A stretch of DNA of 64,000 bases from Candidatus Poribacteria bacterium (GCA_965214095.1 OZ243938.1:224001-288000); one strand, 5' to 3'; positions 19,301 through 29,472 are shown, counted from the first letter of the stretch. The notes: a model not told the origin generated them from the sequence alone. Numbers and translations are program-made.

Positions 19301-20104
19301 ATGAATCCTTTCAAATATCTAAAACATCAAGCGGAAAGACGTTTCTATAGAGCGTATCAAAAACAGCTGGAGGCAGAAGCAGGTACGTGGAATATCCCAC
19401 GTCATATCGGTGTTATTCTCGATGGAAACAGACGGTACGCTAAAGCAACGGGGTTAGATAATGTGATTAAGGGACATTACGAAGGGGCAGATAAACTTGA
19501 GGAAGTACTTAGCTGGTGCGATGAACTTGGTGTAGAAATCTTTTCAATATGGATTTTTTCTCTTGATAACTTCAACCGCGCTGATGATGAGGTAGAAGGA
19601 ATTTTGGGATTAATTGAAAGGAAAATGCGTGAGTTAGTTACAATCAAGGGACTTCACAAAAATAAAATTAAGGTGCGTGCAATGGGACAGATTGAACGTC
19701 TACCGCAAAGTCTTCAAGAAGCAATTCGTCAAGCAGAGGAAGCGACTAAAGATTATGACAAATTTATCCTGAATGTCGCTGTTGCCTACGGAGGACGTGA
19801 GGAGATAATTGATGCAGTCAGAGGACACTTAAAGGCGGAAATACAAAAAGGAAAAGATGCCCTTCAAATTGCTGATGAATTAAGTGTTGATACAATTGCA
19901 CCATATCTATACACCTCAAATCTTCCGGATCCTGAGTTAATCATCCGGACAAGTGGAGAGGTGCGGCTATCTGGATTTTTGTTATGGCAGAGCGTATATT
20001 CCGAATTTTATTTCTGCGATACCTATTGGCCCTCATTTAGGAAGATTGACTTTCTACGTGCAATACGAGACTATAGCCATCGTAAACGACGATTTGGGAA
20101 ATAA
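19301..20104 (+). CDS. uppS: cis-prenyltransferase (polyprenyl diphosphate synthase)
   Basis: PRHIGVILDGNRRYA, FSLDNFNR, AYGGREEI, PELIIRTSGEVRLSGFLLWQ, RRFGK. Confidence 0.9.
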   Translation: MNPFKYLKHQAERRFYRAYQKQLEAEAGTWNIPRHIGVILDGNRRYAKATGLDNVIKGHYEGADKLEEVLSWCDELGVEIFSIWIFSLDNFNRADDEVEGILGLIERKMRELVTIKGLHKNKIKVRAMGQIERLPQSLQEAIRQAEEATKDYDKFILNVAVAYGGREEIIDAVRGHLKAEIQKGKDALQIADELSVDTIAPYLYTSNLPDPELIIRTSGEVRLSGFLLWQSVYSEFYFCDTYWPSFRKIDFLRAIRDYSHRKRRFGK

Positions 20105-20178
20105 GGAGGAACCAGATTTGGATAGATTATTAATTGTGATTGGCGAATATGCTTTACATCTAATAATATAAGGAGCGT

Positions 20179-20949
20179 TTGATGCGGTTTGGAATATGCA
20201 CAGGTTTAGATAATGTGAATCGTCTTGCTGAAGTCGGATATGATTATATTGAATTGGGTGTGAGAAGTGCGTTGATGCCCGAAGCAGATGAGACAGAATT
20301 TGAAAAAATAAGAGAACGTGTAACTAATGCACCTATAAAACCTGAAGCTTATGCAGGTTTTATTCCCAGAGATATTCGGGTCGTCGGGGACTCCGTGGAT
20401 TTTACAAGACTTTCTCGGTATGTAGAAAATGCATGTCGCAGAGCAAAACAAATTGGTGGTAAAGTTATCGTATACGGTAGCAGTGGTTCTCGGAATGTTG
20501 AAGATGGATATTCTGAAGAACGTGCATTAACACAGATCGCAGAATTCCTTGATATGTCAGCAGATCATGCTGAAGACAACGATATGATAATTGCTATCGA
20601 ACCGATTTGTATGAAAGAGGGGAACATATTACGGACGGTTGCTGACGGTCTTGCAATGGCGAAACGGGTCAATAGGTATGGAATAAAGGTATTGGCAGAT
20701 CTCTATCACGTTTGGCAAGAGGACGAACCTATGCAGAACATCGTTGATGCGGCATCATATTTGGCACATGTCCATATTGCTGAACCCGTCAAAAGATCAT
20801 ATCCCGGTAGCGATGATTTTGATTTTTCAGAGTTCTTTGCCGCATTAAAGAATGCGGGATACAACGGTCGGGTCTCATGTGAATGCAAATTTGACGATTT
20901 TGAGGCTGACATTGAAACTGCTTTGAAAACGATGAAGAGTTATACATGA
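20179..20949 (+). CDS. Sugar phosphate isomerase/epimerase (xylose isomerase-like TIM barrel)
   Basis: GYDYIE, IAIEP, ADLYH, AHVHIA, GYNGRVSCE. Confidence 0.85.
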   Translation: MMRFGICTGLDNVNRLAEVGYDYIELGVRSALMPEADETEFEKIRERVTNAPIKPEAYAGFIPRDIRVVGDSVDFTRLSRYVENACRRAKQIGGKVIVYGSSGSRNVEDGYSEERALTQIAEFLDMSADHAEDNDMIIAIEPICMKEGNILRTVADGLAMAKRVNRYGIKVLADLYHVWQEDEPMQNIVDAASYLAHVHIAEPVKRSYPGSDDFDFSEFFAALKNAGYNGRVSCECKFDDFEADIETALKTMKSYT

Positions 20950-20958
20950 GAATCACAT

Positions 20959-21921
20959 TTGGAGGTGGCGTTTATTCTCAGAAGTGAAGAAGGCAGAGTG
21001 ATTCGTGCACGAGCAGGGTTTTATGATGTTCAGCACGGTGAGCTTGTGCTACGATGCACAATGCGAGGCACATTAAAGAAGAGACGACGGTCTGAATCTG
21101 GTCGGAGGCTATATGCGGATCCGGTCGCAGTCGGTGATCGTGTTGTTTTCTCTCAACTTGATCACGAAGAAGGTGTTGTAGAGGAGATCCTTCCCCGACA
21201 GACAAAGTTTTCACGGCGATACGCTGGAAGGCAAGAAGAAATAGAACAACTGATCGTTGCAAATGCAGACCAAGTTGTTGCGGTTGTTTCAGCACGCATG
21301 CCACCGCTCAACTTTCGCACGTTAGATCGATTTCTTATTTTAGCGGAAGCAGGAGAAATGAAAGCCATAATCTGCTTAAATAAAATTGACTTGATGGATT
21401 CAGCACAGCGTGACCATATCACCGCAACTTTTGAAATCTATGAGAAACTCGGATATAAAGTCTTCTATACGAGTATCAAAAAACCTGAAAGTGTTGATTC
21501 CTTACAGAATGTCTTAAAAGATAAATTCAGTGTAATAGTAGGTGCGTCAGGGGTAGGAAAATCAAGTATTCTAAATGCTATTCAACCTGATCTTGAATTA
21601 CGGACAGGTGAGGTCGGTGAAAAAACACGAAAAGGAAGACACACAACGACATTGGTTGAGTTGTTCACACTTGATATTGGAGGGGAAGTTGCAGACACAC
21701 CCGGAATCCGAGAAGTCGGTTTGTGGGGTGTTGATACAGAATATCTTGAATACTATTTCCCAGAGATGGAACCGTTTATTGGGAAATGTAGATACAACGA
21801 CTGTGCCCATGTCAAAGAGTCTGATTGTGCTATTCAGACAGCAGTTGAATCAGGAGATATACATCCTGAACGTTATCGGAGTTACGTCGTCCTAAAAACA
21901 GATGATACTATAACAAATTGA
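20959..21921 (+). CDS. rsgA: Ribosome small subunit-dependent GTPase A
   Basis: NKID, GASGVGKSS, GRHTTT, DTPGIR, zinc finger C-x4-C-x-H-x5-C. Confidence 0.95.
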   Translation: MEVAFILRSEEGRVIRARAGFYDVQHGELVLRCTMRGTLKKRRRSESGRRLYADPVAVGDRVVFSQLDHEEGVVEEILPRQTKFSRRYAGRQEEIEQLIVANADQVVAVVSARMPPLNFRTLDRFLILAEAGEMKAIICLNKIDLMDSAQRDHITATFEIYEKLGYKVFYTSIKKPESVDSLQNVLKDKFSVIVGASGVGKSSILNAIQPDLELRTGEVGEKTRKGRHTTTLVELFTLDIGGEVADTPGIREVGLWGVDTEYLEYYFPEMEPFIGKCRYNDCAHVKESDCAIQTAVESGDIHPERYRSYVVLKTDDTITN

Positions 21922-21930
21922 GGAGAACAA

Positions 21931-22865
21931 ATGAAACATCATATAAGCGTTTTCAGCATAGTAATGCTTTTCATTTTCACATTCTATCTTATCGGTTGTG
22001 GTACTGACGATGAAGATACTGAACCAGCTAATAGTTCACCTATAGTTGACAGTTTTATAGTCCCAGAAGAATTCAATCCAGGGGATGTACTTGAATTTAA
22101 GGTGATTGCTCATGACGAAGATGGAGATACACTTAGTTACACTTGGGAAGTAGATGGTGAAATATTGGAATCTACCGGCACAAGTGCAAAATGGACAGCA
22201 CCTGAAGATGTTGAATCAGTTAAAGTCACAGTGCATATCAGTGATGGAGTAAGTAAAACCGTAAAAAGAGTTAAAACGGTCACAAATAAAGAATTTGTTC
22301 CTCCCGATCCGGTTGATATCCGACTGATGGAGAAATTGATACAGTGCCGGATCCACCCTTAAACCTTATAGTACCAGGTAAGGGTGCATTTGGCGTAAAA
22401 TTAGGGGATCCGTTCAAGAAAGTTGAAGCAATTCATGGAGATGCGGATGGTCCTATTGGAGTAGTTCGGATCTTTACATATTGGGAGGATCCTGACATAG
22501 GTTTTTCAGGTTTTGTTGATGGCATCGGTCTTGTAGACAGTTTATTTTTGGACCGTCCAAATAAAGCCAAGACAACTGGGGGTAATGGAATTGGAAGTGC
22601 ACTTGAAAATGTTGAAAGAGAATTTGCGGATGCACAGGAAATTGACGAAGATGAATTTGGTGGAATTAGACATTGGTACTGGAAAAGAGGAATTGAATTT
22701 ACTGTAGATGAGGATGAGAAAGTAGAAAGTATATATGTCTTTAAACCGATTGCAGGAGCACCAGCAGCTGTTGGAATTCAAGACCAACAGAACCGTGATG
22801 CCGAGAAAAACGATGCAATGGAACTTCAACGTCGCAGAATACAGCAATCATCATCAAAGAATTGA
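21931..22865 (+). pseudogene. Lipoprotein (Ig/PKD-like domain plus C-terminal domain) split by a 1-nt frameshift
   Basis: Lipobox LIGC; A.DEDGDTLSYTW Ig-like motif. Adding one base near 22320 joins ORF 21931-22362 to 22344-22865 (..DPVDIPTDGEIDTVPDPPLNL..). Confidence 0.65.
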
Positions 22866-22917
22866 TTGAATGTGCTAACACAACTGCAATGAATTTTATT
22901 GATTCCAAACCAATCTA

Positions 22918-23769
22918 TTATATGAATCGATTTTTGTGCGGACTTGTATTCCATTGTCTTTGCCATTCCTTCCATGATGTCGGACATTGTTTATTGTCCT
23001 TTTCTCGGACAGGACAGGCAATCGCCTCATGCCAAAGTCCATCTAACGATGTACCTGTGCGGCTATAGCGAAAGTCAACAGACCAACGTATCGTCCCACT
23101 AATGTTCAGCAAAGAGCGGTGAAACACAAGATTGTTGAAAATCAGGAGATCACCTTTATTCATCTCTAATGTGTCAATGTCAATATTTGATGAAGTGGGA
23201 GAGATAACCGGTACAGCAAATGCCTCACCTTCAACGCGATGGTAGGATTTTAGTCCTTCTTTATGGCTTTTTGGCAAAAATTGCAATGCACCGTTTTCGG
23301 TTTTCACATCGACTAATGGAAGCCATACTGTAAGGTGCATATCGTGTTCAGTGTGTGGCATGTAGGCACTGTCTTGGTGCCACGGGAGGGTCGTAAGTTT
23401 TTCATTGGGTAATTTTGGACGCACCCAAAAATCACCGTTGAATTGAATCTCATTTCCAATCAGTGTTTCAATTATATCCAACACTTTTCGGTTTGTTATC
23501 AGGTTGAAAAGTGCTTCACTATATACAAACGTATGCCACCCGAATACCTCGTTTTCTTTGCCACAATCCTGAAGAACAGCATACCATCGTTTATCAAACG
23601 GCATATCTTCATATACGGTTGTGATGGTTCCAGTACTATACTTTTCACGTGTGCGTTTGTCAACAACTTCATCAATGATATTGACTAATGGATCCAAATC
23701 TTCTGAGTTCAGTGCAGCAGGCACAACAAGATAACCATTCTCGACGAATATGTCTAAATGTGATTTCAT
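22918..23769 (-). CDS. Phytanoyl-CoA dioxygenase (PhyH) family protein
   Basis: ENGYLVV, LPWHQDSAY, TVWLPLVD, NGALQFLPKSH, FHRS. Confidence 0.9.
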   Translation of the reverse strand: MKSHLDIFVENGYLVVPAALNSEDLDPLVNIIDEVVDKRTREKYSTGTITTVYEDMPFDKRWYAVLQDCGKENEVFGWHTFVYSEALFNLITNRKVLDIIETLIGNEIQFNGDFWVRPKLPNEKLTTLPWHQDSAYMPHTEHDMHLTVWLPLVDVKTENGALQFLPKSHKEGLKSYHRVEGEAFAVPVISPTSSNIDIDTLEMNKGDLLIFNNLVFHRSLLNISGTIRWSVDFRYSRTGTSLDGLWHEAIACPVREKDNKQCPTSWKEWQRQWNTSPHKNRFI

Positions 23770-23772
23770 ATA

Positions 23773-23940
23773 TTAGTAATGAGTCTTTATGCTGCTCCAA
23801 GTAGTTGTGAGTTTGCCACTCGGCTTGACTGACAATGGATCCATAGAATCTTCAATCGATATCACATCGTTCCAAAGGACAACTACATCAACAACACCGG
23901 CATAGAAGTTCTGACCATTTCTATAAGTATCCATAGCCAA
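23773..23940 (-). pseudogene. C-terminal remnant of a LamG-like secreted protein carrying the KLTTTW motif
   Basis: Manual translation: ..FYAGVVDVVVLWNDVIS..MDPLSVKPSGKLTTTWSSIKTHY*. An in-frame stop lies just upstream. Confidence 0.6.
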
Positions 23941-23959
23941 ATAAGCAATTGGCTATGGA
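23930..23959. terminator. Hairpin downstream of the oxidoreductase array
   Basis: Perfect 11-bp IR TCCATAGCCAA / TTGGCTATGGA. Confidence 0.45.
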
Positions 23960-23969
23960 CTCATACTTG

Positions 23970-25007
23970 TTATAGACGTTCCCTCAACATATCCATGAGA
24001 CCGTCAGGTGGATCAAATGGTAGTTCTACTACTTCGTTTGTAATTCCACTATAATATATGCCGAGTAGTAGATTGAATTCAGCCAACGATTGTTTTAGGT
24101 GTGTTGGATGTTCATTCTTTTCATCGTCTAGCCAATCAAAGACTGCATTCGTGAGATTACCTTGTGCCATAACATCTTGCTCTCCATAGCTGAGTGGTCC
24201 ACCTTCATAACCTCCATCTCTTGTGGATCGTTCCCAACTACTAAATCGCCAATGAACATAGCCATCTTCACCGATTACAAAGACTCGTTTGTGGAAGAAA
24301 ACCGTCTGATCATCGGATGCAGAAGGTGCGATTGCTGTGCCAAACGCAACTGAGACATGTATTCCGTTTTCATATTGAACACGAGCGGCAGCGAATTGCG
24401 GTGATGGTTGCGCAGAATCTAAATGTGCTCCACCTGATATTTGTCCCAATACGCGTACCGGACGAGAGTTATCAATGTAAGATGACACTAACTGAAGGAC
24501 ATGTGGACCTTGATCAACAGGTGTGCTCCGTGCACTTGCATCTATAAACTTGATTTCACCGATTTTTCCATCTGCGACATCTTTCTTTAGTTCCAAGTTT
24601 TGTGGGTGAAAGTTCAATTGGGTATTCACAACAAATTTGGTTGTTGTCTCTTCTGCCAAACCGGCGATCTGTTTCCAGTCTTCACTTTCAACAGCAATAG
24701 GTTTCTCAACGATTGCAGCTGGAACGCCATGGTCGGATGCTTGTTTCATGAGCGGATAACGGATACGTTCATTAGATCCGCGAAGAACTGGCGCGGTGAC
24801 AATGTGGAGAACATCAGGTTTTTCTTTTTCAAGCATCTCATCTAAATCCGTGTAGCGAGATGAGATATTGAAATCGTCTCCAAATCGGTTGAGTAGTTCT
24901 TTGTTCATATCACAGACGGCAGCAAGTTTGCCACCTTTTACAAAACGGTATGCATCTGCATGTGCACGTGCACGACCTCCACAACCTAATATCGCTGTCT
25001 TATACAT
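23970..25007 (-). CDS. Gfo/Idh/MocA family oxidoreductase, array copy 5
   Basis: LGCGGRA Rossmann motif, VEKP; 345 aa. Confidence 0.9.
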   Translation of the reverse strand: MYKTAILGCGGRARAHADAYRFVKGGKLAAVCDMNKELLNRFGDDFNISSRYTDLDEMLEKEKPDVLHIVTAPVLRGSNERIRYPLMKQASDHGVPAAIVEKPIAVESEDWKQIAGLAEETTTKFVVNTQLNFHPQNLELKKDVADGKIGEIKFIDASARSTPVDQGPHVLQLVSSYIDNSRPVRVLGQISGGAHLDSAQPSPQFAAARVQYENGIHVSVAFGTAIAPSASDDQTVFFHKRVFVIGEDGYVHWRFSSWERSTRDGGYEGGPLSYGEQDVMAQGNLTNAVFDWLDDEKNEHPTHLKQSLAEFNLLLGIYYSGITNEVVELPFDPPDGLMDMLRERL

Positions 25008-25129
25008 TGATTATCTCCTTAAACTATTTATAAAGGGTTATGTGTTGTTTGAACTATAATAATTAACGGCAGTTGTGTATATATACTCAACTGCCGTATA
25101 AACTATCAATTGCGTAGCAACAAGAGATA

Positions 25130-26167
25130 TTATAGATGTTCCTTCAGTGAAGCCATTAATCCATCCGGCGGATCAAATGGTAGGTCAATTATCTCATTGG
25201 TTATTCCACTGTAGTAAATGCCTAATAGCAAATTGAATTCTGCCAGTGATTGTTTGAGATGTGTTGGATGCTCTTTCTTCTCATCATCAAGCCAGTCAAA
25301 TGCAGCCTCAGTGAGATTCCCTTGTGCTTGAATGTCCTGCTCACCGTAGTTGAGGGGTCCGCCTTCGTAGCCGCCATCATGAGTTGAACGTTCCCAACTG
25401 CTGAACCGCCAATGCACAAAACCTTTTGTACCAACAACGAAAACGCGTTTGTGAGCAACAGTACTACCACTGTCGGATGCCAACGTCCCCATACCCGTGC
25501 CAAACGCAAGAGAGACATGTAGACCATTGTCATAAATTGCCTGTCCTGCAGCATGCATCGGAGAGGGTTGTGCGGAATCTAACTGCTCTCTCCCCGCAAT
25601 TTGTCCTAACACTCTTGTCGGACGTGAGTTGTCAATATATGATGATACCAACTGCAATACATGCGGTGCTTGATCAACAGGGGTGCTGCGTGCACTTGCA
25701 TCAATAAACTTGATCTCACCGATTTTCCCATCTGCAACATCTCGTTTCAGTTCAAGGTTTCTGGGGTGAAAGTTAAGCTGTGTGTTGACAATAAACTTCG
25801 TATTCGTTTCATCTGCCAATCCCGCAATCTGTTTCCAGTCTTCACTTTCAACGGCAATCGGTTTTTCAACGATTGCAGCAGGAACATTATGATCTGATGC
25901 TTGCTTCATCAATGGATAACGAATTCGTTGATTGGTTCCACGTAAAACTGGTGCGGTGACAATGTGAAGCAGGTCTGGTTTCTCTTTCTCAAGCATTTCA
26001 TCAAAATCTGTGTAGCGAGAAGAGACATCAAAATCATCTCCGAACTTATTGAGTAACTCTTCGTTCATATCGCATATAGCACCGATTTTACCGCCTTTTA
26101 CAAAACGGTATGCACTTGCATGTGCACGTGCCCGACCACCACAACCTAAAAATGCACTTTTATACAT
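25130..26167 (-). CDS. Gfo/Idh/MocA family oxidoreductase, array copy 4
   Basis: Start MYKSAF at 26167 after AGGAG; paralogue of its neighbours. Confidence 0.9.
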   Translation of the reverse strand: MYKSAFLGCGGRARAHASAYRFVKGGKIGAICDMNEELLNKFGDDFDVSSRYTDFDEMLEKEKPDLLHIVTAPVLRGTNQRIRYPLMKQASDHNVPAAIVEKPIAVESEDWKQIAGLADETNTKFIVNTQLNFHPRNLELKRDVADGKIGEIKFIDASARSTPVDQAPHVLQLVSSYIDNSRPTRVLGQIAGREQLDSAQPSPMHAAGQAIYDNGLHVSLAFGTGMGTLASDSGSTVAHKRVFVVGTKGFVHWRFSSWERSTHDGGYEGGPLNYGEQDIQAQGNLTEAAFDWLDDEKKEHPTHLKQSLAEFNLLLGIYYSGITNEIIDLPFDPPDGLMASLKEHL

Positions 26168-26293
26168 AGAATTTCTCCTTCTATAGTTTAATACCATGTG
26201 TAGTGAAATGTGTCTACACATATATGTGATAGATAGCGGTAGCGCGAGTATCTCTACTACTACCACTAAACCAATATGTTTGGTTTATTCATT

Positions 26294-27337
26294 CTACAAC
26301 TTTTCTCTAAGTAAATCAATTAATCCATCAGGAGGTTCAAATGGGAGATCAACAACTTCATTCGTAACGCCGCTATAATAGATCCCTAAGAGCAGATTGA
26401 ATTCAGCGAGGGATTGCTTGAGATGTGTGGGATGCTGGTTCTTTTCATCATCTAACCAATCAAAAACAGCTTCTGTTAAGTTTCCTTGTGCTTGCACATC
26501 TTGTTCCCCATAATCAAGCGGACCATTCTCGTAACCACCATCATGCGTTGACCGTTCCCAACTACTAAATCGCCAATGCACAAAACCTTTCGTCCCAACA
26601 ACAAAAACGCGTTTGTGCGTATGATTACCCCCATCAGGTTCTCTCGGAACTTTCTGACCAACACTTGCACCAAATGCAAGTGAAACATGTAATCCGTTCT
26701 CGTATATAACTTGTGCAGCAGCGTGCATTGGAGAGGGTTGGGTGGAGTCCAAATCCTGAGCACCAGAAACCTGTCCGAGTACTCTTACAGGACGAGAGTT
26801 GTCAATATACGATGACACGAGTTGTAGGACATGCGGTGCTTGGTCTACGGGTGTGCTTCTGGCACTTGCATCAATAAACTTGATATCTCCGATTTTACCT
26901 TCCGACACATCTCTCTTTAATTCTAAGTTCTTTGGATGAAAATTGAGTTGTGTATTGACAACAAACTTCGTTTGAGTTTCTTCTGCTAAACCTGCAAGCT
27001 GCTTCCAGTCTTCGCTTTCTACAGCAATCGGTTTCTCAACGATTGCAGCAGGTACACCGTGGTCAGATGCTTGTTTCATCAGAGGATAACGGATACGTTG
27101 ATTTGTACCACGCAATACTGGTGCGGTGACAATATGGAGCAGATCAGGTTTCTCCTTATCCATCATTTCGTCTAAATCTGTATAGCGCGAAGAAATATCA
27201 AGATCATCACCGAATCGATTTAGCAGTTCTTCATTCATGTCGCAGATGGCAGCTATCCTACCACCTTTAACGAAACGGTATGCATCTGCATGAGCACGTG
27301 CACGACCACCACACCCTAAAAACGCACTTTTATACAT
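26294..27337 (-). CDS. Gfo/Idh/MocA family oxidoreductase, array copy 3
   Basis: Start MYKSAF at 27337; 2-aa insertion in the variable loop. Confidence 0.9.
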   Translation of the reverse strand: MYKSAFLGCGGRARAHADAYRFVKGGRIAAICDMNEELLNRFGDDLDISSRYTDLDEMMDKEKPDLLHIVTAPVLRGTNQRIRYPLMKQASDHGVPAAIVEKPIAVESEDWKQLAGLAEETQTKFVVNTQLNFHPKNLELKRDVSEGKIGDIKFIDASARSTPVDQAPHVLQLVSSYIDNSRPVRVLGQVSGAQDLDSTQPSPMHAAAQVIYENGLHVSLAFGASVGQKVPREPDGGNHTHKRVFVVGTKGFVHWRFSSWERSTHDGGYENGPLDYGEQDVQAQGNLTEAVFDWLDDEKNQHPTHLKQSLAEFNLLLGIYYSGVTNEVVDLPFEPPDGLIDLLREKL

Positions 27338-27444
27338 AGAAAAGACTCCCATCATGTTTTGTGATTTTTAAATTCAATGATGATGTTACGGTATGTTCTG
27401 AATTTCATACACCTTATTTCGGTGAGGTTAGGAATCCTAACCGA

Positions 27445-27714
27445 TTATTCTGAGTATTCATCCAATATTTTTCTGAAGTCGTCAAGATTTTCAACAACAA
27501 TTGCAGCACGATGCAAATTCTCAAGGATTTCCAGGTCCTCAATCTTTTCCAGTACAGACTTGAATGAATGTTCAGTATCGATTTCTAATCGTAGTGAAAG
27601 TATTTCAAGAATGAGTTTTCGCGTTGTTTCCTGAGCACCTTGCTGTAAACCTTGCTGTTTTCCCTGTTCACGTGCTTGAGGTGCTACGTATTCTACAATT
27701 GGAGGCTGTTGCAT
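27445..27714 (-). CDS. Putative internally initiated RpnS-like small protein (89 aa)
   Basis: AGGAGAGGAG-ACC-ATG inside the gene; MQQPPIVEY..EQGKQQGLQQG..IEDLEIL..LDDF. Confidence 0.6.
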   Translation of the reverse strand: MQQPPIVEYVAPQAREQGKQQGLQQGAQETTRKLILEILSLRLEIDTEHSFKSVLEKIEDLEILENLHRAAIVVENLDDFRKILDEYSE

Positions 27715-28350
27715 GGTCTCCTCTCCTATGATATTGATAATAGTTTGTGAGTCGTGAACTAAATTCCCCAAAATTACAAGACTTCCAAGATATTCCGTTT
27801 TGTTCCGAACATCCAAACTGTCTGCTGTCTGAATACACTTCCTAAGCCATTCCTCATCATTAATCTCTGGATCGTGTTTCATGAGCGGTGTGAATGGTAT
27901 TAAACCTACATTTTTCTGATCTAGTATCTGTTGTCCATCAACTTCACTTAAACGGAAGACTTGATATTCAATGAATATGTTGTGATTTTCCAGATTTTAT
28001 TCAAATATTCCAGGATCGTTTCTCCCTGCATTAGGACCTAAGTAAATGACATTGGAATATACTGGAAGACGATGGATTTCTATTGATCTGATAATATAGC
28101 CTGCCATCCTTAGTGGCATCTCTGGATCATAACTATCAGTAGTTTGAAACTCAAAATGAATCAGAATTTCTCTACCGTCATGTAGTGCCTTAATAAGAGT
28201 ATCTGCTTGATGCATTTCCACTTTAGGTTGTTCAGGTATAATTACCTCCAGAACATTGATGTCTGTTGTATCAAATTTAAAGCATAAGTCTACGAAATCT
28301 TGAGGATTTGTTTCAACCTGTTTTTTAGATGCAGTGTCAAAACTCGCCAT
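27445..28350 (-). pseudogene. Rpn/YhgA-like PD-(D/E)XK nuclease gene interrupted by a single in-frame TAA
   Basis: ADTLIK..LIHFEFQT..MPLRMAGY. After TAA (27997-27999) the same frame continues open (NLENHNIFIEYQVFRL..GLIPFTPLMK) into ORF 27445-27882. Confidence 0.85.
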
Positions 28351-28434
28351 CTTTCTCCTATCTCTATGATGTATATTATTTGAAATTATATCATGTGTAT
28401 GTTTTATTTTCCAATTTTGGATATATTTGTCAGT

Positions 28435-29472
28435 TTACAATTTTTCTCTAAGTAAATCAATCAGTCCATCTGGTGGATTGAAAGGTAAATCTATAATCTG
28501 ATTGGTGATGCCGCTATAGTACATTCCCAATAATAAATTAAACTCAGCAAGTGATTGTTTTAGGTGTGTTGGATGAACTTTGTTTTCATCGTCCAACCAA
28601 TCAAATACTGCATCCGTAAGATTTCCTTGTGCCTGGACATCCTGCTCGGGGTAACTAAGATGACCTGATTCATAACCAGTGATTTGTGTTGAGCGTTCCC
28701 AACTGCTGAACCGCCAATGCACAAAACCTTTTGTACCTACAACAAACACACGTTTATGTCTGAAATTCGCAGGTCTATCGGAAACTTTTGCACCCATTTC
28801 TGTGCCAAAAGCAACGGAGACGTGAAGACCATTTTCATACAGAACATGTGCTGCTGCGTGCAAAGGTGATGGTTCATCTGAATCTAAACGATCTCCTCCT
28901 GAGATCTGTCCAAGTACACTCACAGGTCGAGCGTTATCAATATATGATGATACCAATTGAATTACATGAGGTCCTTGGTTTACAGCGGTATTGCGAGCAC
29001 TTGCATCAATGAATCTAATCTCACCAATTTTGCCATCTGCAACATCTTGCTTTAGTTCAATGTTTTTCGGATGGAAGTTCAGTTGTGTGTTGACAACAAA
29101 TTTTGTATGAGTGACTTCTGCTAATCCGGCAATCTGATTCCAGTCACCGCTATCAACAGCAATCGGTTTTTCAACAATTGCAGCAGGGACTCCGTGGTCA
29201 GATACCTGTTTCATCAGAGGATAACGGATATATTGATTAGTGCCGCGTAATAGTGGAGCAGTGACAATATGAAGAAGATCAGGTTTTTCTCTTTCAAGCA
29301 TCTCATCTAAATCGGTATAGCGTGCAGAGATATCAAAGCGATCACCAAAATCGTTCAGACGTTCTTCGTTCATATCGCAGATGGCTGCGAGTTTACCATG
29401 TTTAACAAAACGATAAGCACCAGCATGTCCACGTGCCCGACCACCACACCCCAATATGGCACTCTTATACAT
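28435..29472 (-). CDS. Gfo/Idh/MocA family oxidoreductase, array copy 2
   Basis: 345-aa paralogue; NTAVNQGPH variant. Confidence 0.9.
   Translation of the reverse strand: MYKSAILGCGGRARGHAGAYRFVKHGKLAAICDMNEERLNDFGDRFDISARYTDLDEMLEREKPDLLHIVTAPLLRGTNQYIRYPLMKQVSDHGVPAAIVEKPIAVDSGDWNQIAGLAEVTHTKFVVNTQLNFHPKNIELKQDVADGKIGEIRFIDASARNTAVNQGPHVIQLVSSYIDNARPVSVLGQISGGDRLDSDEPSPLHAAAHVLYENGLHVSVAFGTEMGAKVSDRPANFRHKRVFVVGTKGFVHWRFSSWERSTQITGYESGHLSYPEQDVQAQGNLTDAVFDWLDDENKVHPTHLKQSLAEFNLLLGMYYSGITNQIIDLPFNPPDGLIDLLREKL

Noticed and set aside
27997-27999. Programmed stop-codon recoding (Sec/Pyl) in the Rpn-like gene
   Set aside because: The codon is TAA, not TGA or TAG, and no SECIS-like element is evident. 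A nonsense mutation is simpler.
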